Of a stretch of 64,000 bases of DNA, positions 47,132 through 57,567 are shown one piece after another; position 1 is the first letter of the stretch, and every line of letters starts with the position of its first letter. The translations under genes and the position numbers were made by a program. This stretch comes from Bacillales bacterium UBA6380 (GTDB lineage: Bacteria > Bacillota_I > Bacilli_A > RFN20 > CAG-826), in contig DJQS01000011.1 in assembly GCA_002438785.1 (NCBI GenBank), positions 94,888 to 158,887 on the forward strand, written 5' to 3'. The notes below the pieces were generated by a model. It did no database searches. It was given only the letters and a program-made list of their open reading frames with translations, and was not told the origin of the DNA.

Positions 47132-47572
47132 TTAATCCAAAGTTTCAGCTTTTGCACCTGCTTTATTAATTTTTTCTAAAGCAACTGCACTAAATTTATT
47201 AGCTTTGATTGTAACTTTTTTAGTTAATTCACCATTTCCTAAAACTTTTAAACCATCAAGCTCTTTTTTAATTAAATGTGCTTCGACAAGTGAAGTCATA
47301 TCAACAACAGCTCCATCTTCGAATTTATTTAAATCACCAACGTTAATAGTAGCATATTCTACTTTTCCATAGTGTTTAAATCCTCTTTTTGGTAATCTTC
47401 TAAATAATGGAAGTTGTCCACCTTCAAAACCTAGTCTAACACCACCACCTGATCTTGAATTTTGTCCTTTATTACCAGAACCACCATTTTTTCCTAATCC
47501 ACTGCCAAGACCACGGCAACGTCTAGTTTTTGCTTTTCTACTACCTTCAGTAGGTTTTAAATTATTTAACAT
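47132..47572 (-). CDS. rplO: 50S ribosomal protein L15
   Basis: [11 protein letters not shown] start (ATG 47570-47572), 9 nt after AGGAGG. Overlaps the rpsE 3' end. Confidence 0.93.
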   Translation of the reverse strand: MLNNLKPTEGSRKAKTRRCRGLGSGLGKNGGSGNKGQNSRSGGGVRLGFEGGQLPLFRRLPKRGFKHYGKVEYATINVGDLNKFEDGAVVDMTSLVEAHLIKKELDGLKVLGNGELTKKVTIKANKFSAVALEKINKAGAKAETLD

Positions 47573-48206
47573 CAGCCTTAACCTCCTCATTACTTCTAAG
47601 AGCTTTAACAGCTTGATAATTCTTTAAATTACTTAAAGCATTATTGGTAGCTCTAATAACGTTAATTGGTGTTCTTGAACCATAAACTTTACTATAAACA
47701 TTTTTTATACCAGTAAGTTCAAGAATAGCTCTAACAGCACCACCAGCAATAATACCAGTACCTTCAGGAGCAGGTTTTAAGAATACTCTAGTGGCACCAT
47801 AACTTCCAATTATTTCATGAGAAATTGAACCAGCATTAACAAGTTTTACTGTAAAAGTATTTCTTTTTGCTCTATCAACAGCCTTTTTAATTGCATCTGG
47901 GACTTCACCAGATTTGCCAGTAGCAAAGCCATATTTTCCTTTACCATTGCCAATAACGACAACAGCAGAAAATTTCATTCTTTTACCACCTTTAACAACT
48001 TTAGTGACACGATTAATAGCAACTACTCTTTCCTCATATTCTTTTTGTTCAACTTTTCTTTCTCTACGTTGGAAATTTCTTTTACCATTTCTAAGGTTTT
48101 TCTTGCTAGTTTTATCATTTCCTTCACTAGAAGTAACTACTTTAGCTTCTTCTTTAACTTCTTCACTAGTTGTAGTTTCATTTACTTTATTTTCATTTTC
48201 TACCAT
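47562..48206 (-). CDS. rpsE: 30S ribosomal protein S5 with an N-terminal extension
   Basis: [19 protein letters not shown] core, preceded by ~50 charged residues. Confidence 0.94.
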   Translation of the reverse strand: MVENENKVNETTTSEEVKEEAKVVTSSEGNDKTSKKNLRNGKRNFQRRERKVEQKEYEERVVAINRVTKVVKGGKRMKFSAVVVIGNGKGKYGFATGKSGEVPDAIKKAVDRAKRNTFTVKLVNAGSISHEIIGSYGATRVFLKPAPEGTGIIAGGAVRAILELTGIKNVYSKVYGSRTPINVIRATNNALSNLKNYQAVKALRSNEEVKADVK

Positions 48207-48216
48207 AAGATTCTCC

Positions 48217-48573
48217 TTAGAAATTTAATCCACCTTCACGAGCAGCTTCTGCTAAAGCTTTTACACGTCCATGATAGACATATCCACCACGATCGAAAAC
48301 AACACTATTAATATTTAAAGCTAAACATTTTTTAGCAATATCAGCACCAACTGCTTTACTTGCTTCGATGTTATTACCTCTTTCAAGATGGAGTTGTTCG
48401 CTACTACTACTAGCTAAGGTAACACCTTTAGTGTCATCGATAACTTGTACTTCAATATTCTTGTTAGAACGATATACGCATAAACGAGGAGTTAAACTAG
48501 TTCCACTAATTTTTGCACGAACTCTAAGATGTTTTCTTCTTCTAACTTTACTTCTATCAATATTATTAATCAT
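48217..48573 (-). CDS. rplR: 50S ribosomal protein L18
   Basis: L18 sequence and position. Confidence 0.95.
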   Translation of the reverse strand: MINNIDRSKVRRRKHLRVRAKISGTSLTPRLCVYRSNKNIEVQVIDDTKGVTLASSSSEQLHLERGNNIEASKAVGADIAKKCLALNINSVVFDRGGYVYHGRVKALAEAAREGGLNF

Positions 48574-48584
48574 AGTCTATCTCC

Positions 48585-49130
48585 TTACTTCTTACCAGCT
48601 CTCTTACCTTCTTTACGTAAGATATGTTCACCTTTGTATTTAATACCTTTACCACCATAAGGTTCTGGTTTACGAGTATTTCTAATTAAAGCAGCAGTTT
48701 GACCAACTTTGAATTTATCACTACCTGTAACAACTACATGGTTAGCATCTTTACAAGAAATTTTGACACCTTCAAGTGGACTAATAACGTTCTCGTGAGA
48801 ATAACCAACATGGAGCACTAAGTCATTACCTCTCATTTCAGCACGATAACCGATACCAACTATTTCAAGTTCTTTACTAAATCCATCATGGCATCCTTTT
48901 ACAGCATTATTTATCAATGCTCTAATAGTGCCGTGAATTTGTTTAGTTGATTTTTCTTCATTATGACGAGTAACTTTAATATGATTATCTTCAATAGCAA
49001 CACTAATTAATGAAGGATTAAAATAGATTTTATCTTCTCCATTTTTTCCTTTTACATCAACATAATTATCGTTGATAGTAACAGTTACTCCATCGACCAT
49101 AGGGATTAATTTTTTACCAATACGTGACAT
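48585..49130 (-). CDS. rplF: 50S ribosomal protein L6
   Basis: MSRIGKKLIP start. 181 aa. Confidence 0.95.
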   Translation of the reverse strand: MSRIGKKLIPMVDGVTVTINDNYVDVKGKNGEDKIYFNPSLISVAIEDNHIKVTRHNEEKSTKQIHGTIRALINNAVKGCHDGFSKELEIVGIGYRAEMRGNDLVLHVGYSHENVISPLEGVKISCKDANHVVVTGSDKFKVGQTAALIRNTRKPEPYGGKGIKYKGEHILRKEGKRAGKK

Positions 49131-49147
49131 AATAAATTAACCTCCGA

Positions 49148-49543
49148 TTACCAAACGTAACAAATTACTTCGCCACCAACATGTAATTGTCTACATGCTT
49201 TATCAGTGAGAAGCCCTTTACTAGTTGAAATAATAGCAATTCCAAGCCCTCTAAGAACGCTAGGAATATGACGTGAATCAACTGTAACTCTAAGACCTGG
49301 TTTAGAAATTCTTCTTAAGCCAGTAATAACTCTAACATTATCTGCACCATATTTTAATGTAATGGTGAGATTCTTTTTACCTTCAACTTCAACTTCTTTA
49401 TAAGATTTAATGAAGCCTTCATCTAATAAGATTTTAGCAATACTAACCTTCATTTTACTAGAAGGCATTGAAACGCTCTCATGATTAGTTAAATTAGCAT
49501 TTCTAATTCTTGTAAGCATATCTGCGATTGGATCTTGATGCAT
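49148..49543 (-). CDS. rpsH: 30S ribosomal protein S8
   Basis: [13 protein letters not shown] motif. Confidence 0.96.
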   Translation of the reverse strand: MHQDPIADMLTRIRNANLTNHESVSMPSSKMKVSIAKILLDEGFIKSYKEVEVEGKKNLTITLKYGADNVRVITGLRRISKPGLRVTVDSRHIPSVLRGLGIAIISTSKGLLTDKACRQLHVGGEVICYVW

Positions 49544-49561
49544 ATTTTTACCTCCTAATAA

Positions 49562-49747
49562 TTACCATGATGATTTTTTAAGTCCTGGAATTTCGCCTTT
49601 ATAAGCTAATTCTCTAAGACAAATTCTACAAAGTCCGAATTTTGAATAAACAGCATGAGGACGTCCACATCTTTTGCAACGTGTATATTCTCTAACTTTA
49701 AATTTTTGTGGTCTTGATTGTTTAACCTTTAAACTAGTTTTTGCCAT
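49562..49747 (-). CDS. rpsN: 30S ribosomal protein S14, zinc-binding type Z
   Basis: 61 aa from MAKTSLKVK (ATG 49745-49747). CKRCGRP...CRIC pattern. Confidence 0.94.
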   Translation of the reverse strand: MAKTSLKVKQSRPQKFKVREYTRCKRCGRPHAVYSKFGLCRICLRELAYKGEIPGLKKSSW

Positions 49748-49757
49748 AACGTTCCCC

Positions 49758-50357
49758 CTATTTACTAAATGGCATTCCAAGCTCTTTTAATAAAGCAAAT
49801 GCCTCTTCATCGGTTTTAGCGGTAGTGACAATTACTATATCCATACCTCTAACTTTGCCAACTTTATCATAATCGATTTCAGGGAAAATTAATTGTTCTT
49901 TAACACCTAAAGTATAATTTCCTCTGCCATCAAATGCGTTTTTATTAACACCACGGAAATCTCTAACACGTGGTAAGGCGATTGAAACAAGTTTATCTAA
50001 AAATTCATACATTCTAACGCCACGTAAAGTTACTTTACAACCAATAGCTTGTCCTTCTCTTAATTTAAAAGTAGCAATTGATTTCTTAGCCTTAGTAATA
50101 ATAGGTTTTTGACCAGTAATTAAAGCGATTTCACTAACAGCTTCATCAAGTCTTTTACTATCACTTGTTGCATCACCAACACCAATATTAACAACAATTT
50201 TTTCTAAGTGTGGAACTTCCATAATAGAGGAATATTCGAACTTTTTCATTAAAGTAGGAGTAATTTCTTTATGGTATTTTTCAAGTAATCTAGTAGTAGT
50301 TACTCTTTCTTTATGACCGCCTTTAGTAGCAGTTTCAACTTTCTTTTCTTTTGCCAT
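49758..50357 (-). CDS. rplE: 50S ribosomal protein L5
   Basis: L5 core preceded by a ~20-aa N-terminal extension. Confidence 0.94.
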   Translation of the reverse strand: MAKEKKVETATKGGHKERVTTTRLLEKYHKEITPTLMKKFEYSSIMEVPHLEKIVVNIGVGDATSDSKRLDEAVSEIALITGQKPIITKAKKSIATFKLREGQAIGCKVTLRGVRMYEFLDKLVSIALPRVRDFRGVNKNAFDGRGNYTLGVKEQLIFPEIDYDKVGKVRGMDIVIVTTAKTDEEAFALLKELGMPFSK

Positions 50358-50368
50358 AAAATTCTCCT

Positions 50369-50683
50369 TTATTCTTTGATGATGGTTCCATTAGATTTCA
50401 TAAATCTTACTTTTTTACCATCTTTATCAAATTTATAACCTAATTTGGTTCCTTTTTTAGTTTTAGCATCATAATACATAACATTACTTGCATCAAATGG
50501 ACTATACATTTCTAAAATAGAACCATTAGGATTTTGTTGAGTAGGCTTTTGATGTTTCTTGTGTACGTTTACCCCTTCAACTACAACTTTATTGAGTTTA
50601 GGGTAGGCTCTCTGGATGACACCAACTTTACCTTTGTCCTTGCCACTAATGACAATGACCTTATCACCTTTTTTAAGTTTCAT
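50369..50683 (-). CDS. rplX: 50S ribosomal protein L24
   Basis: [19 protein letters not shown] start (ATG 50681-50683), which follows AGGAGGA. Confidence 0.94.
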   Translation of the reverse strand: MKLKKGDKVIVISGKDKGKVGVIQRAYPKLNKVVVEGVNVHKKHQKPTQQNPNGSILEMYSPFDASNVMYYDAKTKKGTKLGYKFDKDGKKVRFMKSNGTIIKE

Positions 50684-50696
50684 ATCCAAATCCTCC

Positions 50697-51071
50697 TTAT
50701 AAAACTTCGTTAGCAAGAGAGACGATTTTCATAAAAGCATCTCCCTTTTCTCTTAATTCACGAGCAACAGGTCCAAAGACACGTGTTCCAACTGGAGTTT
50801 TATCTTCATTAATAATAACACAAGCATTGTCATCAAATCTGATAGTTGAGCCGTCTTTTCTTTGAATAGGATAAGAAGTTCTAACTATAACAGCTTTAAC
50901 AACATCACTTTTTTTAACTTTGCCATTTGGGATAGCATCCTTAACTGCACAAAGAACAATATCACCAACTGAGCAAGATTTTCTATGGCTACCGCCATAA
51001 ATTCTAAATACTCTAACACTACGAGCACCAGAATTATCAGCGACTTTTAAATTTGTTTCAGTTTGAATCAT
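50697..51071 (-). CDS. rplN: 50S ribosomal protein L14
   Basis: [16 protein letters not shown] start. Confidence 0.96.
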   Translation of the reverse strand: MIQTETNLKVADNSGARSVRVFRIYGGSHRKSCSVGDIVLCAVKDAIPNGKVKKSDVVKAVIVRTSYPIQRKDGSTIRFDDNACVIINEDKTPVGTRVFGPVARELREKGDAFMKIVSLANEVL

Positions 51072-51073
51072 AA

Positions 51074-51409
51074 TTATTTAGCCTCCTTTTCTTCTGGATT
51101 TTCTTCAACTTCTTCGTGAAGTACTTTTTCGACTTCAGTTTCTTCGAGTACTTTAATTGACTCAAGAGCTTTTTGATCAATCGAAATTAATTTAAACTTC
51201 TTAGTTTTAGAAATTGGTCTACACTCTTCGATTGTAACAATATCGCCAACATTAGCTTTATTTTCTTCATCGTGAGCATAATATTTGCTTCTTGATTGAA
51301 CTCTTTTCTTATACTTAGGATGTTTCTTATAAGATTCAACTTGGACAATAATGGTTTTATCAGCTTTATTTCCAACAACGCTTCCTTGAATTTTTCTTCT
51401 ATTATTCAT
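51074..51409 (-). CDS. rpsQ: 30S ribosomal protein S17 with an acidic C-terminal tail
   Basis: [18 protein letters not shown] core with an added ~25-aa E-rich tail. Confidence 0.94.
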   Translation of the reverse strand: MNNRRKIQGSVVGNKADKTIIVQVESYKKHPKYKKRVQSRSKYYAHDEENKANVGDIVTIEECRPISKTKKFKLISIDQKALESIKVLEETEVEKVLHEEVEENPEEKEAK

Positions 51410-51419
51410 AATTAACTCC

Positions 51420-51617
51420 TTATTTTACTCCAAGTTCTCTTTCTTTAAGAACTGTGTTGATACGAGCAATGTCTTTACGAACTGTTTTGATCATAGCAGG
51501 ATTTTCAAGTTGACCAACAGCTTTCTTTCTTCTTAAATTAAATAATTGTTCTTTTAAGGAGTAAATACGTTGATTTAATTCTTCTGTAGATAACTCTCTT
51601 ACTTCATTAATTTTCAT
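51420..51617 (-). CDS. rpmC: 50S ribosomal protein L29
   Basis: 65 aa. ELRELSTEEL-like start. Confidence 0.94.
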   Translation of the reverse strand: MKINEVRELSTEELNQRIYSLKEQLFNLRRKKAVGQLENPAMIKTVRKDIARINTVLKERELGVK

Positions 51618-51619
51618 AC

Positions 51620-52036
51620 TTATTTAACCTCCTCTTTTTTAATTATTCTAGTCTTAATTGGAAGTTTGTAAGCAGCCATTCTAAGAGCTTCTTTAGCTAC
51701 ATCATCAGGTACTCCACCAATTTCAAATAAAACTCTATTCTTTTTTACAACAGCGACCCAATATTCAGGATTACCTTTACCAGAACCCATACGAACTTCA
51801 GCAGGTTTCTTAGTTTTTGCTAAATGTGGGAAGATTCTGATCCAAATTTTACCTTGTCTTTTTGTATATCTACTTAAGACAACACGACAAGCTTCGATTT
51901 GACGATCACTTATATAATTACCAGTAACAGCTTGAAGACCATATGTTCCAAAGCTAACTTCGTTACCAGCTTTTGATAAACCTTCATATCTAATAATATG
52001 AGGTCTTCTATATTTAACTCTTTTAGGTTGTAACAT
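51620..52036 (-). CDS. rplP: 50S ribosomal protein L16
   Basis: [11 protein letters not shown] start. Confidence 0.96.
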   Translation of the reverse strand: MLQPKRVKYRRPHIIRYEGLSKAGNEVSFGTYGLQAVTGNYISDRQIEACRVVLSRYTKRQGKIWIRIFPHLAKTKKPAEVRMGSGKGNPEYWVAVVKKNRVLFEIGGVPDDVAKEALRMAAYKLPIKTRIIKKEEVK

Positions 52037-52037
52037 A

Positions 52038-52724
52038 CTATTCTCCTTTCTTGTTAGAAGGTTTTACTGTTTTAGGATTAATTTCTTTTTCACCACGGCA
52101 AATCCAAACTTTAACACCAAGCTTACCATAAGTAGTCATAGCTTCACTTACTGCGAAATCTATATCACTCTTTAAAGTATTGATAGCCATTGTTCCTTCT
52201 TTATAGCCTTCACTACGGGCAATATCAGCACCTGCTAAACGACCGCTAACTTCAGTTTTGCAACCTTTAGCGCCGCTCTTTCTAACTTGCATAAGAGCTT
52301 TCTTTTGAACAATTCTGAAACTTGCTCTTTCTTCTAATTGCTTTGCGATTTGTAAACCAACAATTCTCGCATCAAGATTTGGTTGTTTAACTTCAACAAC
52401 ATCAAGTTTGAGATTATCATTTTTAATTAATTTAACTAAATCTTTCTTTAAAGCATTAATATTTGCACCATCTTGTCCAATAACGACACCAGGTCTAGCA
52501 ACGAAGATCATTACAGTAACTAGTTGTCCTTTATTAGTTTTCTTTCTTTCAATTTCAATGTGTGATAAGAAAGCATTTCTATCAAGATGTTTTTCAATAT
52601 AATTTCTAATTTTGTCGTCTTCAATTAAGAATTTGGAGTAATCTTTACCGGTAGCAAACCATCTGCTATTCCAATTTTTATTAAGACCAATTCTCATTCC
52701 TACTGGATTAACTTTTTGACCCAT
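52038..52724 (-). CDS. rpsC: 30S ribosomal protein S3
   Basis: [13 protein letters not shown] start. Confidence 0.96.
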   Translation of the reverse strand: MGQKVNPVGMRIGLNKNWNSRWFATGKDYSKFLIEDDKIRNYIEKHLDRNAFLSHIEIERKKTNKGQLVTVMIFVARPGVVIGQDGANINALKKDLVKLIKNDNLKLDVVEVKQPNLDARIVGLQIAKQLEERASFRIVQKKALMQVRKSGAKGCKTEVSGRLAGADIARSEGYKEGTMAINTLKSDIDFAVSEAMTTYGKLGVKVWICRGEKEINPKTVKPSNKKGE

Positions 52725-52734
52725 ATCTTACTCC

Positions 52735-53373
52735 TTAATTTCTTTCCTTAACAGTGACATAGATATTAGCAAATCTTTTAACTAAGCCACTTGCGCTTCC
52801 TTTAGCTCTAGGTAAATATCTTTTCATTTTGATAGAATCACTAGCCATAATAGAAGCAACATATAATTTATCACCATTCATATTAAAGTTATTGACTGCA
52901 TTAGCATACGCACTTTTTATAACTTTACCAACAGCATCACTAGCTTTACGATGAGTGTTATTAAGAATATCAAGAGCAACATCAACATCTTTTCCTCTAA
53001 CTAAATCAATGACTAATCTAGCTTTACGAGGTGTAACTTTTACATTGAGTGCTTTAGCACTAGCCTCTGTTCTAAGAACTTTTGGAGTTTCAACAACTTT
53101 TTTATCTTTTTTACTTGTTTTTGCTTCTTTAGTTTCTTTAACATCAGCGGTTTTTTCAACTTTTTCTTCTTTAGCAACTTCTTTTTTTGCTAATTTCTTA
53201 GCTGGAGCTTTTTTAGTAGCAGGTTTCTTGCTAGTTTCAGGTTTAGTAACTTTTTCTTCACTAGAAGCAGCTTTTTTAGTAGTTCTAGTCTTTGTTGTCT
53301 TTGTTACTTTTTCTTCACTAGAAGCAGCTTTTTTAGTAGTCTTCTTCTTTGTTTCAGTTTTAACTTCTTCCAT
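52735..53373 (-). CDS. rplV: 50S ribosomal protein L22 with a ~100-aa Lys/Thr/Glu-rich N-terminal extension
   Basis: The canonical L22 core starts near TEASAKALNVKVTPRKARLVIDLVRGK. GGAGG precedes ATG 53371-53373. Confidence 0.93.
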   Translation of the reverse strand: MEEVKTETKKKTTKKAASSEEKVTKTTKTRTTKKAASSEEKVTKPETSKKPATKKAPAKKLAKKEVAKEEKVEKTADVKETKEAKTSKKDKKVVETPKVLRTEASAKALNVKVTPRKARLVIDLVRGKDVDVALDILNNTHRKASDAVGKVIKSAYANAVNNFNMNGDKLYVASIMASDSIKMKRYLPRAKGSASGLVKRFANIYVTVKERN

Positions 53374-53387
53374 AACCTAACCTCCTA

Positions 53388-53699
53388 TTATTTCTTTTTA
53401 ACTCCAGCAGCAGCCATTGCTGCAGCTTTATCTTCAGCGTTATTACCAAAGTGACCTTTATAAGTTCTAGTTGGAGCAAATTCACCTAATTTATGTCCAA
53501 CCATATCTTCAGTAACAAACACTGTTATAAATGCATGCCCATTATAAACAGCAAAGGTATGTTCAACAAAATTTGGAAAAATTGTACTTCTTCTAGACCA
53601 AGTTTTAATGACTTCTTTTTTGCCACTTGCATTTAAAGCTTCAACTTTTTTCATTAAGCTTTCATCGACAAATGGTCCTTTTTTTAAACTACGTGCCAT
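53388..53699 (-). CDS. rpsS: 30S ribosomal protein S19
   Basis: [12 protein letters not shown] start. Short Ala/Lys C-terminal tail. Confidence 0.96.
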   Translation of the reverse strand: MARSLKKGPFVDESLMKKVEALNASGKKEVIKTWSRRSTIFPNFVEHTFAVYNGHAFITVFVTEDMVGHKLGEFAPTRTYKGHFGNNAEDKAAAMAAAGVKKK

Positions 53700-53714
53700 C
53701 CTAATTCTCCTTTA

Positions 53715-54548
53715 CTATTTACCATTTCTTCTTCTTACAATAAGTTTTGTAGAAGCCTTTTTATTCTTACGTGTTTTAACACCAAGGGCTCTTTTACCCC
53801 AAGGTGTACGTGGAGCATCACGTCCAACAGGACATTTACCTTCACCACCACCATGTGGGTGATCATTTGGGTTCATCGCGCTACCTCTAACAGTAGGACG
53901 AGTACCTAACCATCTAGTTTTACCAGCTTTACCTAAATTTACTAAGCTGTAATCTTCATTCCCAACAATGCCGATTGTAGCTTTACAAGTACCTAAGATT
54001 TTTCTCATTTCACCAGATTGAAGTCTAACAATAACATATTTTCCTTCTTTACCTAAGATTTGAGCACTACATCCAGCACTTCTACAAAGTTGACCGCCTT
54101 TTTTAGGAGTTAATTCAACATTGTGAATGAAAGTACCTTCAGGTATATTGTCAAGTAACATTGCATTACCAGTAATAATATCAACAGCGTCACCACTAAC
54201 AATCTTATCGCCAACTTTTAATCCTTTAGGTTGAAGTATGTAACGTTTTTCACCATCAACATAATGAATTAATGCGATATTAGCATTTCTATTTGGATCA
54301 TATTCAATTGCGAATACTTTTCCAACTACTCCATCCTTGTCACGTTTGAAGTCGATGATACGGTATTTTCTTTTATTACCACCACCGATATGGCGAGTTG
54401 TTATAACACCTTGGTTATTTCTACCACCAGTTTTCTTTAATGTTACAAGTAAACTTTTTTCAGGAGTAGATTTTGTTATCTCCTCGTTAGAGATTGTAGT
54501 CATTGCTCTACGAGAAGGAGTATATGGTTTATAATTTTTAATTGGCAT
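53715..54548 (-). CDS. rplB: 50S ribosomal protein L2
   Basis: [18 protein letters not shown] motif. Confidence 0.97.
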   Translation of the reverse strand: MPIKNYKPYTPSRRAMTTISNEEITKSTPEKSLLVTLKKTGGRNNQGVITTRHIGGGNKRKYRIIDFKRDKDGVVGKVFAIEYDPNRNANIALIHYVDGEKRYILQPKGLKVGDKIVSGDAVDIITGNAMLLDNIPEGTFIHNVELTPKKGGQLCRSAGCSAQILGKEGKYVIVRLQSGEMRKILGTCKATIGIVGNEDYSLVNLGKAGKTRWLGTRPTVRGSAMNPNDHPHGGGEGKCPVGRDAPRTPWGKRALGVKTRKNKKASTKLIVRRRNGK

Positions 54549-54573
54549 AATAATCTCCTATATATAAGTTCCT

Positions 54574-54918
54574 TTATTCTTTGAATAAATCAATAGCTTC
54601 ACCACTAGCAATAGTTACAATAGCTTTTTTAAATCCACTAATAGTTCCTTTATGTCTAGTACCACGTGTAGTTTCTTTACTATGAACATTTACGACACTA
54701 ACACCTTTAACATGAACTTGATAGATTCTTTCAACAGCATTTTTAATTGCAGTCTTGTTAGCATTACCTTTAACGATAAATGTAGCTTTGTTTTGTTCTT
54801 GAGATAATGACATACTTTTTTCAGTGATAAGTGGTTCAACAATTACATCAAAATCACTAAGAGTAGCTTTTGGTTTAGAAAGAACAACTTCTTCTTTCTT
54901 TTCAACTTTTTTAGCCAT
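54574..54918 (-). CDS. rplW: 50S ribosomal protein L23
   Basis: L23 core preceded by a short charged N-terminal extension. Conserved position. Confidence 0.93.
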   Translation of the reverse strand: MAKKVEKKEEVVLSKPKATLSDFDVIVEPLITEKSMSLSQEQNKATFIVKGNANKTAIKNAVERIYQVHVKGVSVVNVHSKETTRGTRHKGTISGFKKAIVTIASGEAIDLFKE

Positions 54919-55544
54919 TATTTAAGTTCCTCCTCAATTTTGCTAACATCATCCTTATTTAATATAAGTGCGTTAGTATTTAATAAATCATAAACTGAGA
55001 TATTGTTATTTGCTCTTAAAGTAAGATTACTAACATTACCACTAGCTCTTAAAACTAAATCATTATCACTTACTAATAATACTTTTTTATTTTCTAATTT
55101 AAGTGCTTTTAATAAAGCAACAATTTCTTTAGTTTGACCATTAACTTTCAATTCATCTAAAACATAAACATTTTTGCTTCCTAAACTTGCCAATGCACTC
55201 TTAAGAGCTAAATTATGTTCTTTTTTATTTTGCTTAATTTTAAAATTTTGAGTTCCTTTTGGACCAAAGACGTTTCCGCCACCAACCCAAATAGGAGAAC
55301 GAGTACTTCCAGCACGAGCTCTACCAGTACCTTTTTGTCTCCATGGCTTTCTACCACCACCACTTACTTCTGCTCTAGTTTTAGTTTTAGCAGTTGCTTG
55401 ACGAGCATTAGCCATATAGACATTTACAGCATCAAACATTACTTGTTCATTAACTTCTCCACCAAATATAGAAGCACTAACACTCATAGTAGAAGTAGCT
55501 TCACCATTTTGGTTATAGACATTTAATTTAACTTTTTTATCCAT
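54918..55544 (-). CDS. rplD: 50S ribosomal protein L4
   Basis: KPWRQKGTGRARAGS motif. Confidence 0.96.
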   Translation of the reverse strand: MDKKVKLNVYNQNGEATSTMSVSASIFGGEVNEQVMFDAVNVYMANARQATAKTKTRAEVSGGGRKPWRQKGTGRARAGSTRSPIWVGGGNVFGPKGTQNFKIKQNKKEHNLALKSALASLGSKNVYVLDELKVNGQTKEIVALLKALKLENKKVLLVSDNDLVLRASGNVSNLTLRANNNISVYDLLNTNALILNKDDVSKIEEELK

Positions 55545-55561
55545 AATACACTCCTTTCTAC

Positions 55562-56257
55562 TTATTTAGTTTCTTCGACTTTAGGTGTTCTATCAATTAA
55601 ATTCTTAATTGCTGGTTCATGTCCAGTAGCAGTCTTAACAGCGCTTCTAATCATGACAATGCCCTTTTTAGGTCCTGGGACACCACCAGAAATTAAGATA
55701 TATCCATGTTCAGCATCAGCTTTAACTACTCTTTGATTTAAAACAGTTGCATTTTGATTTCCCATATGTCCAGCCATTTTCTTGCCAGGAATAACACGGT
55801 TATTGCAACGACCATTATTAGCAAATGAACCTTGTCCTCTATGGTATCCACTACCATGTCCCTTAGGTCCAATGGTATGTCCCCATCTTTTGATGACACC
55901 GGCATAGCCTCTACCTTTACTAGTTCCAAGTACATCAACAATGTCACCTGTTTTGAATAAATCAGCCTTAATCTCATTGCCGACTTCAAATTTCATCATT
56001 TCATCACCTTTAAGTTCATATAAACCAGCTTTAGTAGCGACACCAGCTTTTTTATAAATACCCTTAAGGGCGTTTGTAACTGATTTTTCTTTCTTATCTT
56101 CGTAGCCAACTTGAATTGCTTCATAGCCATCTTTTTCGACAGATTTTTTAAGAGTTACAACATTAGGTAAGACTTCAACAACTGTAACTGCATACATTGT
56201 TCCATCTTCTGCGTATACTTGGGTCATTCCCATTTTACGACCGATGATACTTTTCAT
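55562..56257 (-). CDS. rplC: 50S ribosomal protein L3
   Basis: MKSIIGRKMGMTQVY start (ATG 56255-56257), which follows GGAGGTAAGA. The track start is an in-frame extension into rpsJ. Confidence 0.95.
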   Translation of the reverse strand: MKSIIGRKMGMTQVYAEDGTMYAVTVVEVLPNVVTLKKSVEKDGYEAIQVGYEDKKEKSVTNALKGIYKKAGVATKAGLYELKGDEMMKFEVGNEIKADLFKTGDIVDVLGTSKGRGYAGVIKRWGHTIGPKGHGSGYHRGQGSFANNGRCNNRVIPGKKMAGHMGNQNATVLNQRVVKADAEHGYILISGGVPGPKKGIVMIRSAVKTATGHEPAIKNLIDRTPKVEETK

Positions 56258-56270
56258 TGCTCTTACCTCC

Positions 56271-56582
56271 TTATAATTTAATATCGATATCGACACCACT
56301 TGGTAAATCTAATCTCTTTAAAGCTTCGATTGTATCATTAGTTGGATGAGTGATATCAATGATTCTCTTATGTGTTCTAATTTCAAATTGTTCACGAGAA
56401 TCCTTATATTTGTGAACAGCTCTCAATATTGTGTAGACTTGTTTTTCCGTTGGAAGTGGAATTGGTCCGACTACACCTGCACCAGTTTTAGTAATTGCAC
56501 CGACAATTTTTTCGACTGCAAAGTCAAGTACTTTGTGATCGTAAGCTTGAAGGCGAACTCTAATTTTTTTAACTTTTGCCAT
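56271..56582 (-). CDS. rpsJ: 30S ribosomal protein S10
   Basis: [20 protein letters not shown] start. 103 aa. First gene of the cluster. Confidence 0.97.
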   Translation of the reverse strand: MAKVKKIRVRLQAYDHKVLDFAVEKIVGAITKTGAGVVGPIPLPTEKQVYTILRAVHKYKDSREQFEIRTHKRIIDITHPTNDTIEALKRLDLPSGVDIDIKL

Positions 56583-56709
56583 GAATTTTCTCCTTTCATT
56601 TTAACAGGCACAACTTTTGCTCATTGTAAGTTCCCTGATTACCATTCATGACAACGCCTGTTGGTGTATCAGCAATCTTCCAAATCTACGCAAAAACGCC
56701 AGTGAAATA

Positions 56710-56739
56710 ATCTTACTATATATAAGATATTAATGTCAA
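56710..56739 (-). promoter_or_regulatory. candidate sigma-A promoter of the S10 operon
   Basis: Minus strand reads TTGACA (56734-56739), an 18-nt spacer, then TAAGAT (56710-56715). This gives a ~120-nt leader before rpsJ. Confidence 0.5.
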
Positions 56740-56802
56740 TATCAATTTCAGTATTTTTTTTGATAATTTTTTATATCATTAGTTAAGTTTTTTTATATAA
56801 TT

Positions 56803-57567
56803 TTTGTCTCGTAAATAATACCATTATTTGTTACTTCAGTAGTAATTAATTTAGCTATTTTTTTAACTTCATCAACAACATTTCCCATCGCAATTTAATT
56901 AAAATTTAATCATTAAAAGTCATTTAAAGTATTATCAAAAGCAAATGTATCTCTCTATCAATGTTTAACAGTTTAATCAATTTTTCAACCCTACAAACTT
57001 TATCAATATTCTTTATCGTTATGTCAATATAAAAATATATTACTCCTTACAATTTGATAATTATTTTTAAGTTTATCACTAATTTCAATTTTTTTATTTA
57101 CATCATAATCTATTCAAATTATAATCTTCTCTAAAATAAAATTTACTTTATTTTTATATTTATTTAAATTACGAGAAATAGTATCATTTAAAGACATTCA
57201 CTTTCAAACCACTTACTATATCTAAGATATCCAGTTTTATTATCAAAAAAAGAAAAAACTTCAATTTTAGTAGAGTTTTTTGAAAAATTATCATATATTT
57301 TTTAGTAAATTATATTTTATTTCTTCTTTATAAAAATCAAATTTTCGTTATAATTGTATATACTAACTACATTAGAACAAATAGCACACATAAATTCATT
57401 TTTAAATAAAAATAGATTTTTTTAAAACCAGAAAATAAAAGTTCACTACCTATAAAAATAGCCTCATCTTTATCATGCAATTTATTAATTATTTTAATAG
57501 TTTCATCATTAATATTTTATTTAAAATCAATTAATGTATCGTCAACATCAAAGACAAATTATTTCAT
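56803..57567 (-). pseudogene. decayed Cof-type HAD-IIB phosphatase gene
   Basis: Minus-strand translation gives MK*FVFDVDDTLIDFK*NINDETIKIINKLHDKDEAIFIGS... and, near the 3' end, IAMGNVVDEVKKIAKLITTEVTNNGIIYETKII*. Both are Cof-like motifs. Multiple in-frame stops and frame changes lie between them. Confidence 0.6.

Noticed and set aside
47914-48643. Plus-strand ORFs 47914-48228, 48045-48311 and 48368-48643
   Set aside because: They are antisense to rpsE, rplR and rplF. Their Leu/Ser/Phe-rich translations are typical of the reverse complement of Lys/Glu-rich genes.
51187-56651. ORFs 51187-51378, 52408-52602, 52955-53380, 53608-53862, 54337-54534, 55215-55526, 55738-55989 and 56346-56651
   Set aside because: All are nested in, or antisense to, well-supported ribosomal protein genes (rpsQ, rpsC, rplV, rpsS/rplB, rplB, rplD, rplC, rpsJ). 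None has independent support.
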